Assembly (NCBI GenBank): GCA_020696345.1
Contig: JAEHCK010000003.1
Location: forward strand, 10,270 to 74,269
DNA length: 64,000 bases
DNA from: Thermoplasmata archaeon
GTDB lineage: Archaea; Thermoplasmatota; Penumbrarchaeia; JAEHCK01
Direction: 5' to 3'
How positions within the stretch are numbered: position 1 is the stretch's first letter; each line of letters opens with the position of its first letter. The notes under the pieces were generated by a model. It was not told where the DNA came from, did not search any database, and saw only the letters and a program-made list of their open reading frames with translations. The translations under genes and the position numbers were made by a program. Shown here one piece after another: positions 1-9,116 of the stretch.

Positions 1-3000
1 AAATTGTTTGTAACCTCTAAAGGTCCCCCAAACGGGTCCGTTAAATTCAGGGTCACATCATAATTTATCAATGCCGTTACATTGCTGATATTCGCTAACC
101 AATCAATCGCCTCATGACCGACCAGATACAGATCATAAGTATTATTGTAGAATGTCAGGTTTTCGAAGATTGGTGTCGAATTCTCTATATAAAATGCAAC
201 TTCGCAGTCAGAAAACGTCGTGTTAATGATAGTAGAATTTTTTAACCACCATAAATAGATCAACGAATTTTCAGATATTTTCGAATTCATTATTGTAAAA
301 TTCCAATACGAGTCCGAACAAAATACCTGAACTCCGGTCATCAGGCTATCATTTATTGTTACTTTAGCGTAACTAATTTCCAAATAAGTATTTAGTAGCT
401 CCACACTGTTGAATGATAGGTTTGAATAGGAAATTCCCAAGTATGAACCTTCAATTTGTGAATTATTAATTTGAACTTGATCATTTTGCATATTTAGATT
501 TTGGTACTTTTCTTCCCTATAAAAGGACATCATCATACGCCTAATCTTACAACCATCTATTATCATATCTGAATGGTAAGAATAAAATTCCCTACCCCAG
601 ATACCTGTATTATTCAAACTGGAATTGGAAAATAAGAAATCACAATTCATCATATGTATCGACGAATCATAAATTGATGAGTTAGTTATTATTACATAAC
701 TATTTTGAAATTGCATAAATGGTATTCTGGTTAAGGTAGAATCATATAATTCAAAATCACCATTACATTGGAAGGTTAAGCGATTTGAATATAGCTCTGA
801 ATATTTATCGAAAAGTTCAATGCTTGAATTCCGAATTTTCAATGCAGCATTTTCCGAAATGATCCAATGGAAAGTTTCTTCCTCATTTTCATTAACCAAG
901 ACAATTTGTTGATCATTAATTGTGGTTTCACCACTTTTTAAGTATACCAGTTCATGATCTAAAAGATCATGGTCAATGGTGTGATCATCATTGATATAGA
1001 GAATGTTTGCCTTTGCAAAATTATTCTCGGGTAAAATATCTCTTGAATCATCATCGGACTCCAATTTGAATTCAAGATTTCCATCAAAGGTGGGAAAAGT
1101 AATATTTTCCAGATAATATTTCAGAGAATATGCCTTTTTGTGCTTACACGATCCCACGGTCCAGTTCTCAACTGTTTTATCATTGATCAACACAGACACA
1201 TTCACCTGCGAAACATTATTACCTAAACATTTGTAAAGAAGCTGGTAGTATGGCACATCATACTCAGTATTTAAAAATAGACTTTCGACCCTTACATCAT
1301 AAAAATCGCCCACTGTGATATTTATTTCATTTTGTGGTGCGTCCAGTTTGGTTACGCCACACCCCTCCAGTTCGGTGAATGCATATATAGAGTATGGAAA
1401 CGGATCATATAAACTACCGTTCTGATAGATCCTGGTTTTAAGTATTCGAGCTTTCTCTTGCGGATACTTAAATTCATCACCATCATATTTACTATAATAG
1501 TAATCCGGATAAAACACTTCAACCATACCATAGTTGTCTATGGCCTCGAAAAATGCGTTCTGGCGAACCAATAGGAAATTTAGGCAGTTTATTAACAGAT
1601 CATAATATTTTTCCAATATCACCTCGTTCTTGCTGAAATGATTAGGCTCCAATAATGATTTTGTGCTTATTTCAAAATCTACGATTATTGCAATGCTGCA
1701 GTTATAGAAATAATTATTCAGGAGCTTGGAAGGCGGCAGGGCAAGCAATAGACCAGTACTGCAATTTTTGATCTCATTATTTACAAATGTTAAATCCAAT
1801 GGTAGATCCGGGTTCCGTTCTTCGACCTTAATCCCTTTCTTGAACCCTGACAACTGGTTGTTCTCTAATAGTATCTCTATTCCCTCTGCCCAGTAATCCT
1901 GTTTTTCAATTAGAATACCATTGGGCCGGTAATAATCGGAATAAGAATATCCCGCGTTAAAATCACAATTTTTTATCTGTCCTTCTGAATCAGTGATCTC
2001 AATCGGATCGTCACAAAACTTGAATTCCGTTGATTCGAGGCTAAAACTTGAATCAAATAGATCGATACAATTATCGCAATTATTGAAGTAAGAATTTTTC
2101 ACTTCCAGATATCCATTATGTACATTGATCACCGAGTTCAGGTGCTCGAGTTTGCTGTCTTGAATGCTCAGGCTTCCCTGGACTTCGATCTCAAAATCAT
2201 GTATGTATTCCCCCAGTTTTAAGTAACAGTTTTTCATGATCAATGTTGAGCTTTGACTTATGAATATCTTTATATCACTGAGACTAGAGTGAGAGTTTCC
2301 GTGTTGAAAAATTAATATTGTCGTATTCTCCATGGTGACCGTAGCACCGCGGCTAATAGTGATATTATCCTCCAGATATATGATCTCGTCCTGGAAGGTT
2401 GTATCTTCAATTAGAAAATACTGGTTCGACCCAGGAAAATCGTAAAGGTTTGTGGTGTATGGGTTTTTAAATATTATTGTATCATCTGAATCATCATAAA
2501 AAAGGATCTTTGGAAATACCAGTAAAATTATTATAAAAATTGAACTGAAATAAAGCGCTTTTGGAATTCTATAACCTTTTTTTGCGGTTTTTATGTTATT
2601 TAAATATTCGTTCATTCCATGTGGGCTGGAAAGGTCCATGATTCTTGCTGTTTTCTTATACCCGAGCAAAGTTTGTTTGATCTTAGATGGGATGGTAACC
2701 CCGTTGGCTTGGAGTGTTAATAATTTTTTTACTGAGTAATATTTTAATATCAATATTATTGATGAAGTTAAAATTAATAATAGGGTAAAAAAAATGATTT
2801 GTAATAAGACATAATTATTATCAGCGTGCATCCATTCGACTAAATACAATAAATTTGGAAATAGAATATACAAGTAGCTCATTAGCAGGATGGCAGAGAT
2901 CAATAATATAACTCCAACAGCACTGGAAGAATAATAATTTGATCTTCTTTGGCATTTTTTCCAGAACTTAATATCGGATTTCCACGCCTGGACGGGCTCG

Positions 3001-4985
3001 AAGTTTAATATATTATATAGTTGATTTCCCAACGCATCACTTAATCCAGGGAATAATTTTAGGAAAATATCACGAACCAAATATTCATTATTAATTTTAG
3101 AGTCCGTCTTGGGTGCGTCAGGATTTCTGAACTTCAAAATTGCAAAGGAATAAATAAATTTGATTTGTTCTTTATTTACAACCATTAGCCCCCTTGGTTT
3201 TACAATTTCATTCCGTTTTGCAAGGTCAAGAAATGGGTGTCGAATAGCCTGGAACTTTTCTACTCTTATTTGTAATCCTATTAGGTCGGCGAACCAATAA
3301 AAACGCGGTTTTTTGAAATATGGTATTGGCGCACCTGGGAAATCTAGGCCAAATTCAAAAATTCGCGGTGTGGGATTTTCCACAAACAATAATATTAATC
3401 CGGTCTCTAAACCAATTATTAATGCAAATATTAAAACCATCACAAGAAAGATTGTATTAAAAAAATAAAAGGGATAAAGAATTACTAATAATAAAGAAAT
3501 TGAGATTATTATTGTAATAGTAATAATTGTAAACCCAAGCCGTTTTCTGAATAGAACCGGATTCTCTTTTCCAAATAATAACCTGCCGCGATCGTTCCTC
3601 TCCTTAGCTTTTTTGAATTTTGTTTGGATAGTCTTTAAGGCCTCCTCCGGGATCTTATGTTTTTCTCCATCATCTTCGGCTAAAATCTTTTCAATGAGTT
3701 TCTCACGCCGTTTCAAGTTCTTTTTATAGATGGAACGAGAGAAATAGAGAATAATTAAGTACAGGGCACCAAGGCCAATTAGATATAATATCAAGGGTTG
3801 AAAATTATCTTCAATTTTAGAAAAATATATGAGCTCTCCAGCAAAAAAGTCGTTATAACTATATTCAATATTGTACATTGTTGAATCCAGATAGACGATC
3901 TCCAAATCACCATTATCGTGTATTCCCAAGGATGTAACAATATCATCCGGAAGTTCCACAGGATATTTCCTGGATAATAATAAATTCATATCTTTATCAT
4001 ATTTATTGACATATATCTCTTTCCCGTTGGAGACGAAAGTAAAGGTCAATTGGTCATCACTGATCCGACCTTTAAATAAAGTAGCAGCATCCGAAAAATC
4101 CCAATAAAGTGATCCATAAAAATCAGTATTTTCCAACTCGGCGGTCTTTATCACCTTAAAATTCTCATCTAAGAGCGAGTATTCATAATGTGAATTAGAA
4201 AAGGTTCCACGAACAATATTTAATAATAATAACTGTCCAGAATCAAAAATAAATATATCCTCAGGAAATATTATCTCATCAAGCAGAACGTGCTGTAAAA
4301 GTATACCTTGAGCATCAAATTTGTCCAAATAGCAAATGGTATCGGAATAATGGTTGGATGTGCTGTTATAGGAAAAAATAAATAACTGTCCATTTTGGCT
4401 CTCGATAATATTGTTGATATTTCGGTCATGTAATTCAGCTTCCACATTATAAGAGCCGTTTTGATAGATGGATACTACCTGGTTATCATCTGTTTTAGCT
4501 AGTATCCGACCGGCTCCCGGATAGATTTCCTCAATATCAAAACCAAGTTCTGTTCTTGGATTAACGGTTCGAGCTACAGCTAATTCTGCCAGATCTATTA
4601 TTATTAAAACGTTATCAAACCACCAATTCTGACCAGATACATGTATGTACCCGTAGCCGGAATTATCACCAACCACAGTTATATCATATATTGGTAGATC
4701 CTCATAACCTTGGAATAATACCCTTGTATCACCCACACCGCTATCCACTAATTGTGCTCCTTCAATGGTCCTGTTCGGTGTTAAGACTTTGCCTATCCAG
4801 AATACGAACGCCCCCTCCGAATCATCAATTAAGATCTCCGGGCTACCGCCAAGCTCGGTTATGGTTTGTTGTTCACTCCAACCCAGAGGGCCAATTGCCA
4901 CAGGGTACAGTAAATAAGAAAATACCATAAGGTAAACGAATGTACCTGTAATTAATATTCCATTCGTCCCCAAATGTGTCCTCAT
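1..4985 (-). CDS. Giant polytopic membrane protein with parallel beta-helix (PbH1/NosD-like) repeats. The first ~1,661 codons are present and the C-terminus lies beyond the window start.
   Basis: This gene is absent from the ORF track because it has no stop codon in the window. Manual minus-strand translation from ATG 4985 (MRTHLGTNGILITGTFVYLMVFSYLLYPVAIGPLGW...) stays open to position 1. No ORF of 60 aa or more is listed in any frame across 1-4690. The N-terminus is a hydrophobic anchor, and about 6 hydrophobic segments are encoded at ~3950-2520 (e.g. LILYLIGLGALYLIILYF, FTIITITIIISISLLLVILYPFYFF). The downstream part has beta-helix-like repeats (VKNSYFNNCDNCIDLFDSSFSLESTEFKFCDD, LTFVNNEIKNCSTGLLL, NNYFYNCSIAIIV). 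In-frame ATG 4928 and GTG 5054 are alternative starts. Confidence 0.7.
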   Translation of the reverse strand, partial: MRTHLGTNGILITGTFVYLMVFSYLLYPVAIGPLGWSEQQTITELGGSPEILIDDSEGAFVFWIGKVLTPNRTIEGAQLVDSGVGDTRVLFQGYEDLPIYDITVVGDNSGYGYIHVSGQNWWFDNVLIIIDLAELAVARTVNPRTELGFDIEEIYPGAGRILAKTDDNQVVSIYQNGSYNVEAELHDRNINNIIESQNGQLFIFSYNSTSNHYSDTICYLDKFDAQGILLQHVLLDEIIFPEDIFIFDSGQLLLLNIVRGTFSNSHYEYSLLDENFKVIKTAELENTDFYGSLYWDFSDAATLFKGRISDDQLTFTFVSNGKEIYVNKYDKDMNLLLSRKYPVELPDDIVTSLGIHDNGDLEIVYLDSTMYNIEYSYNDFFAGELIYFSKIEDNFQPLILYLIGLGALYLIILYFSRSIYKKNLKRREKLIEKILAEDDGEKHKIPEEALKTIQTKFKKAKERNDRGRLLFGKENPVLFRKRLGFTIITITIIISISLLLVILYPFYFFNTIFLVMVLIFALIIGLETGLILLFVENPTPRIFEFGLDFPGAPIPYFKKPRFYWFADLIGLQIRVEKFQAIRHPFLDLAKRNEIVKPRGLMVVNKEQIKFIYSFAILKFRNPDAPKTDSKINNEYLVRDIFLKLFPGLSDALGNQLYNILNFEPVQAWKSDIKFWKKCQRRSNYYSSSAVGVILLISAILLMSYLYILFPNLLYLVEWMHADNNYVLLQIIFFTLLLILTSSIILILKYYSVKKLLTLQANGVTIPSKIKQTLLGYKKTARIMDLSSPHGMNEYLNNIKTAKKGYRIPKALYFSSIFIIILLVFPKILFYDDSDDTIIFKNPYTTNLYDFPGSNQYFLIEDTTFQDEIIYLEDNITISRGATVTMENTTILIFQHGNSHSSLSDIKIFISQSSTLIMKNCYLKLGEYIHDFEIEVQGSLSIQDSKLEHLNSVINVHNGYLEVKNSYFNNCDNCIDLFDSSFSLESTEFKFCDDPIEITDSEGQIKNCDFNAGYSYSDYYRPNGILIEKQDYWAEGIEILLENNQLSGFKKGIKVEERNPDLPLDLTFVNNEIKNCSTGLLLALPPSKLLNNYFYNCSIAIIVDFEISTKSLLEPNHFSKNEVILEKYYDLLINCLNFLLVRQNAFFEAIDNYGMVEVFYPDYYYSKYDGDEFKYPQEKARILKTRIYQNGSLYDPFPYSIYAFTELEGCGVTKLDAPQNEINITVGDFYDVRVESLFLNTEYDVPYYQLLYKCLGNNVSQVNVSVLINDKTVENWTVGSCKHKKAYSLKYYLENITFPTFDGNLEFKLESDDDSRDILPENNFAKANILYINDDHTIDHDLLDHELVYLKSGETTINDQQIVLVNENEEETFHWIISENAALKIRNSSIELFDKYSELYSNRLTFQCNGDFELYDSTLTRIPFMQFQNSYVIITNSSIYDSSIHMMNCDFLFSNSSLNNTGIWGREFYSYHSDMIIDGCKIRRMMMSFYREEKYQNLNMQNDQVQINNSQIEGSYLGISYSNLSFNSVELLNTYLEISYAKVTINDSLMTGVQVFCSDSYWNFTIMNSKISENSLIYLWWLKNSTIINTTFSDCEVAFYIENSTPIFENLTFYNNTYDLYLVGHEAIDWLANISNVTALINYDVTLNLTDPFGGPLEVTNN

Positions 4986-5012
4986 TAATATCCTATAGTG
5001 ATATTTATTATA

Positions 5013-5020
5013 AATATAAA
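5013..5020 (-). promoter_or_regulatory. Putative archaeal TATA box (TTTATATT on the minus strand) for the giant beta-helix gene
   Basis: The box lies ~28 nt upstream of ATG 4985, which would give a leaderless or very short-leader mRNA. The call rests on sequence only. Confidence 0.35.
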
Positions 5021-5076
5021 GATTTTTCCAGTATCGCTTTTTTAATAATTTCACTTATAATAATGATAATTATCAA

Positions 5077-7407
5077 TTACCCTGCAGTACGTTCTCTGAT
5101 CGTTTTCTCGGTGTCCAGCTTCCTCGAGTACCGTATCGGAACGAATGACGAGAGCTCTACGAAAAGCATCCCCAATATGAGTATCATTATTGTTGAACTT
5201 ACTATGAATACGATTGGGAAGTAGAAGATCACGTCCTCCATGACCCTGGCCAGGACCTCGGCAAAGAGATATGCGAAGGGTATACTGACAATGGCTGAAA
5301 GAACCCCCAGGAACCCCATCTCGATCATTATGGATTTAGCAGTTTTCCACTTCGAAACACCCAGTGTATCGAGGGTTGCGTATTCTACGTCCCTTTCCAT
5401 GGTCGATATTATAACGGCCGACCCGGCCACTGCGATGGTTATGAGCAGTTGCATGAAGAAGAAAAAGAAAAGCATGCCCTCGGCCATGACAAGGAGCTCA
5501 TCATAGGTCTCGACAATATCCTTATGTACGACGACATAACCGACCGTGTTCATGGCCCTAATGTCATTTACCTTCTCGTCCACAAGATCCTCATTCTGTA
5601 ATTTGATGAATGCTCCGGAGGAGATGTTGGCTGGGAACAGTGGAGCTATCATCTCCCTGGAGGTGTAGACCGAATAAACAATCAAATCGTTGATGATTCC
5701 CTTGACTTTAAGGTCTGTGGAATTAGATCCAAAGGTTATTCTTATTGAGTCTCCGATATCGGCATTCAGGTCCAAGGAGAGCTTGTTGGAGATGACGGCA
5801 CCATCGTTAAACCCAAGTTTCCCTTCCTGTAGGTCAAAGTCCTTGATACGCTTGAGATCTTCACTAGCCATTATCACTGTACCCTTTCTCTCGCTTCCTT
5901 TACTGGCTTCGGCCTTCATATATGCGTAAGGGGCGATCCATTCAGTATCCCCTTGGTCCAGGCCAAGAAAGGACTCATTGACCGAGGTGGTTGGCATGGT
6001 GGACACGAAGTCGGCCCTGACGTCCCATTTCTCGGAGTCCAGCTGCTCCCTGACATAACCATAAGCCGAGTCGGCCATTATAAGCCAGCTACCGGCCGAG
6101 CCGATAGTTAAAGCGATCACGACGATGGTTATGGCCGTCCTCCTAGGATTGCGGACCGTGTTCCTAAGTCCCATGGTTGTGATCATGGACCTCCTGGTGG
6201 TGGACCCTTTGGTTTTTCTGACACTCGTCCTCGGTTTGTACTCGAGGGCGTCCCTAACAGTGGACCGAGTGATGAACCAGATAGGGACCCATACTGAAAT
6301 GAGCACAGTCGCCATTATCGTTATTATGGATATGGCGAATGGCATTATGGACAATGGATATACGGTCTCGTACGAGATGCCGAAAAAAGAGGTCTGGAAA
6401 TCGATTATCCCTGCCGCGAACCAGAGGCCGAATATGACTCCAAATACAACACCGATAGTCCCAATTATAAGGCCGAGGGCCATGTAGGCGCGGGTTATCT
6501 CCCTCTTGGTGTAACCCAGTGACATGAGCACTCCAATGTACCGGGAATCGCTCTGCACCAACCGTATCATGGTCATAAATATTGAGATGAAACCCACTAT
6601 CAGGAATATTATGCTCATGACCGGCATCATGTTCTTCATCTTGTTAGCACCGATCCTCATGAATTCACGTGACGGATGCCCGTCCTGATACGTGACTGAC
6701 TTAACGCCCACGCCCTGGAGCGAGGATATGACCGAATCATCGTCGCCATCGTCAGTAAGGAGCACCGTGACCTCGTTGACCTTCAGCCCCAAGCCCGTTA
6801 TGTTCTGCAACTCGTCCAGGGGCATTATAATGACCACTAGTGTCCCTGGCGCCGGGATCGTATAATCGCCGAAAGACGACGCGAACACGAATTCCGGTCC
6901 GGTGACGAGCCCTGATATGGTAAGGTTTAGGTCCTTACCCATGATCTGGAAATGTAGTACCTTGTCGACCTTGACGTTCTTTGCCTCCATGCCCCCTACC
7001 GCTACGGCCTCGCCAGGGGACTGGAAGAACCTACCTTTGGCGAGTTCGAGTACGTTGATTTCTTTCTGTTTCGGATCCTCGACTCCATAGAACTGGGTCG
7101 ATATTCTCTCGCCCTCATGGTCGTAGATACCCGTGAGCTTGAGGCGCGATTGATGTGCCTTAACGTCACCAGTGCTGCCGAGGGCAGAATCTATGTCTGA
7201 TTCATTGACCGGTGTGGTCATGTCTATGAAAAGGTCCGCCATGCGGCCATCCTCAAAATAGGTCTCGATGCTCGCATCCATCATGTCGCCGCTATAGAGC
7301 CCACCCAGGAATAAGGCCATGGCCAACGCGATGACAAGTACTATGGTGAATGTTCGCCCCTTCATGCGCTTAAATTTCCTCAAAACACTCTTGGTGATGG
7401 TTTTCAT
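5077..7407 (-). CDS. ABC transporter permease, FtsX/MacB-type, with two FtsX modules and large extracytoplasmic domains (776 aa)
   Basis: The ORF track protein has an N-terminal TM followed by a large soluble domain and then a cluster of TM helices, and this pattern occurs twice. It sits 20 nt downstream of a MacB/LolD-like ATPase gene on the same strand. Confidence 0.85.
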   Translation of the reverse strand: MKTITKSVLRKFKRMKGRTFTIVLVIALAMALFLGGLYSGDMMDASIETYFEDGRMADLFIDMTTPVNESDIDSALGSTGDVKAHQSRLKLTGIYDHEGERISTQFYGVEDPKQKEINVLELAKGRFFQSPGEAVAVGGMEAKNVKVDKVLHFQIMGKDLNLTISGLVTGPEFVFASSFGDYTIPAPGTLVVIIMPLDELQNITGLGLKVNEVTVLLTDDGDDDSVISSLQGVGVKSVTYQDGHPSREFMRIGANKMKNMMPVMSIIFLIVGFISIFMTMIRLVQSDSRYIGVLMSLGYTKREITRAYMALGLIIGTIGVVFGVIFGLWFAAGIIDFQTSFFGISYETVYPLSIMPFAISIITIMATVLISVWVPIWFITRSTVRDALEYKPRTSVRKTKGSTTRRSMITTMGLRNTVRNPRRTAITIVVIALTIGSAGSWLIMADSAYGYVREQLDSEKWDVRADFVSTMPTTSVNESFLGLDQGDTEWIAPYAYMKAEASKGSERKGTVIMASEDLKRIKDFDLQEGKLGFNDGAVISNKLSLDLNADIGDSIRITFGSNSTDLKVKGIINDLIVYSVYTSREMIAPLFPANISSGAFIKLQNEDLVDEKVNDIRAMNTVGYVVVHKDIVETYDELLVMAEGMLFFFFFMQLLITIAVAGSAVIISTMERDVEYATLDTLGVSKWKTAKSIMIEMGFLGVLSAIVSIPFAYLFAEVLARVMEDVIFYFPIVFIVSSTIMILILGMLFVELSSFVPIRYSRKLDTEKTIRERTAG

Positions 7408-7427
7408 ATCTTACACCTACCCTCACA

Positions 7428-8114
7428 TCAATTCAGTGCAAGTTGGCCCCTGCGTAAAAGCAATGTCCTGTCAGCGTATTTCTTGAGGCTTGAGTTGTGG
7501 GTTACTATCAAAAAGGTCATCTTGAGCTCTTCTTTCAGCTTCTGCATCAGAGCCATGATCTTCTCGCCCCTATCTTCGTCCAGATTACCGGTGGGTTCGT
7601 CGGCAAGAATGAGTTTTGGCTCTTTTGCCAGAGCCCTTGCGATAGCCACCCTCTGCTGTTCACCTGCCGACAGCTCCTGAGGGAGGTTATGCATTTTGTC
7701 CGAGAGACCTACCAGGTTCAGATACTTCTCGGCCTTCTTCCTAAGCTCGGTCTTGTCCTGGATGACGGCCTCAATGCCCAAGATTACATTCTCGAGCGCA
7801 GTAAGGGTTGGTATCAGGTTGTAGAACTGGAATATGAATCCTACTTCGGTTCTCCTAAACTTGTTCAGCTGTTTAGCATTGAGCTCGCCGAGGTTGTTAC
7901 CGGCGACCGTGATCGTTCCAGTGGTTGGTTTGTCGATGCCGCCAAGCAGGTTCAGGAGGGTAGTCTTACCGCACCCTGACGGGCCCATGACCATAACCAT
8001 CTCACCTGGATTAAATTTGAAATCTAAACCAGTCAAAACTTTGGTTTCCAATTTACCTATAAAATAACTTTTGTGTAAACCCGAGATATCAATTAATGCC
8101 ATTTTTATCACCAT
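7428..8114 (-). CDS. ABC transporter ATP-binding protein (MacB/LolD-like)
   Basis: It has Walker [10 protein letters not shown], the ABC signature LSAGEQQRVAIARAL, Walker [13 protein letters not shown] and an H-loop VTHN. Confidence 0.95.
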   Translation of the reverse strand: MVIKMALIDISGLHKSYFIGKLETKVLTGLDFKFNPGEMVMVMGPSGCGKTTLLNLLGGIDKPTTGTITVAGNNLGELNAKQLNKFRRTEVGFIFQFYNLIPTLTALENVILGIEAVIQDKTELRKKAEKYLNLVGLSDKMHNLPQELSAGEQQRVAIARALAKEPKLILADEPTGNLDEDRGEKIMALMQKLKEELKMTFLIVTHNSSLKKYADRTLLLRRGQLALN

Positions 8115-8239
8115 TTCATTTATTTCAGATTAGGGAGTATATATTTGGGATTTAGATTAATCATCTTATCATTAATTTAGGTTAATTACTCATAACTTGA
8201 TAACATTTTGGCCGTTCATGTACGGTAGTTTATATAATT

Positions 8240-8433
8240 GGTTCTTCTCCCGATTTAGGTAAAGAAGTGAAATTAAAATATTACAAATATATTCAGGGAT
8301 CAGGGGTTACAATTCAGGGGTCACAATTTAGATTTTATTTCTTTTAATTCAACATTATCCCACTAATGTCCTGACCCCAAAGTTGTGACCCCTGACTCCT
8401 AATATTGCCCAAATTCGGAGAAGAGTCAGAACC
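8240..8433. repeat. MITE-like, ~194-bp imperfect hairpin element with terminal inverted repeats and internal G-word/C-word arms
   Basis: The ends are GGTTCTTCTCCCGATTTAGG (8240-8259) and CCCAAATTCGGAGAAGAGTCAGAACC (8408-8433, approximately its reverse complement with a small indel). Internally, TCAGGGGTCACAA (8314-8326) and TTGTGACCCCTGA (8383-8395) form a perfect inverted pair. The tandem words are CAGGGA/CAGGGGTTACAATT/CAGGGGTCACAATT. Confidence 0.55.
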
Positions 8434-8556
8434 TTTTAACTTTTAAGATTTAACTTTTGAAATTTGACTTTAAAAAAAATGTATCAATCATTATTCTCTT
8501 CTGTGCAAAACATTTTTTTTAAAAATGATCAAGCCATCATCAATCTATCATAATTA

Positions 8557-8880
8557 CTAAACAGTATAATACCCACCCACGCTTTTCGTGAGTTCATCCA
8601 ACTCCTGAGGATGGGAGAATAGCGCACATGGCATGCCGTCCGTCTCCAGTAGATGCTCATTCTTTCTAATTGCCTCGAACAATGGGCTGGCCAACGCGTC
8701 TTTCAGAGTTGAGGTTTTCAGGTTATGTGTTGCAACATTCGAAACCGGGCATGGTGTAAGGTCACCACCTGGGGTCACATGCGCAAACCCGCGCCCTGCC
8801 GATACGCAGCCGCCAAAATATTCCTCGTCGCCGGGTGAATGGATAAGATAGATTGACTTTGTATTCCGCACTTCGAGCAT
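8557..8880 (-). pseudogene. C-terminal SPASM/twitch-domain remnant of a radical SAM enzyme; the radical SAM core is missing
   Basis: The 107-aa ORF contains GGCVSAGRGFAHVTPGGDLTPCP ... MPCALF, the Cys-rich pattern typical of SPASM domains. Only 236 nt of repeat-rich non-coding DNA separates it from the next gene, so there is no room for a CxxxCxxC core of ~250 aa. Confidence 0.55.
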
Positions 8881-9116
8881 TTTTTTCCTGAAAAAAGCAA
8901 TAATGTAATTTCAATTTTAACTTTTACAATTTGCCTTGGCAAATTTCTACAAGGGTAAAAATTCTGTTTTTAGTAATATATAATTATTAGGAATTTTTAG
9001 CCCAGGACAATTTGTCTCTACAAATTGTCTAAGTTTAACTTTTACAATTGCCAAAGCAATATATCAGCTTGCTTTAATACCCATTCCAACAACCCATGAT
9101 CGATAACCCTGCATCT

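Noticed and set aside
4691-5224. Two small plus-strand ORFs (79 and 82 aa).
   Set aside because: They overlap the 5' end and promoter of the unlisted minus-strand giant gene and the 3' end of the permease gene. Their composition is low-complexity and implausible for real proteins.
7497-7979. A 160-aa plus-strand ORF, with its twin at 12934-13416.
   Set aside because: Both are antisense to the two ABC ATPase genes, and the sense frames carry complete Walker A, signature and Walker B motifs.
9006-9029. A perfect 10-bp hairpin (GACAATTTGT-CTCT-ACAAATTGTC) considered as an intrinsic terminator of the permease gene.
   Set aside because: No oligo-T tract follows it on the minus strand, and archaeal termination relies mainly on T-runs. 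I therefore kept it only as part of the repeat description.
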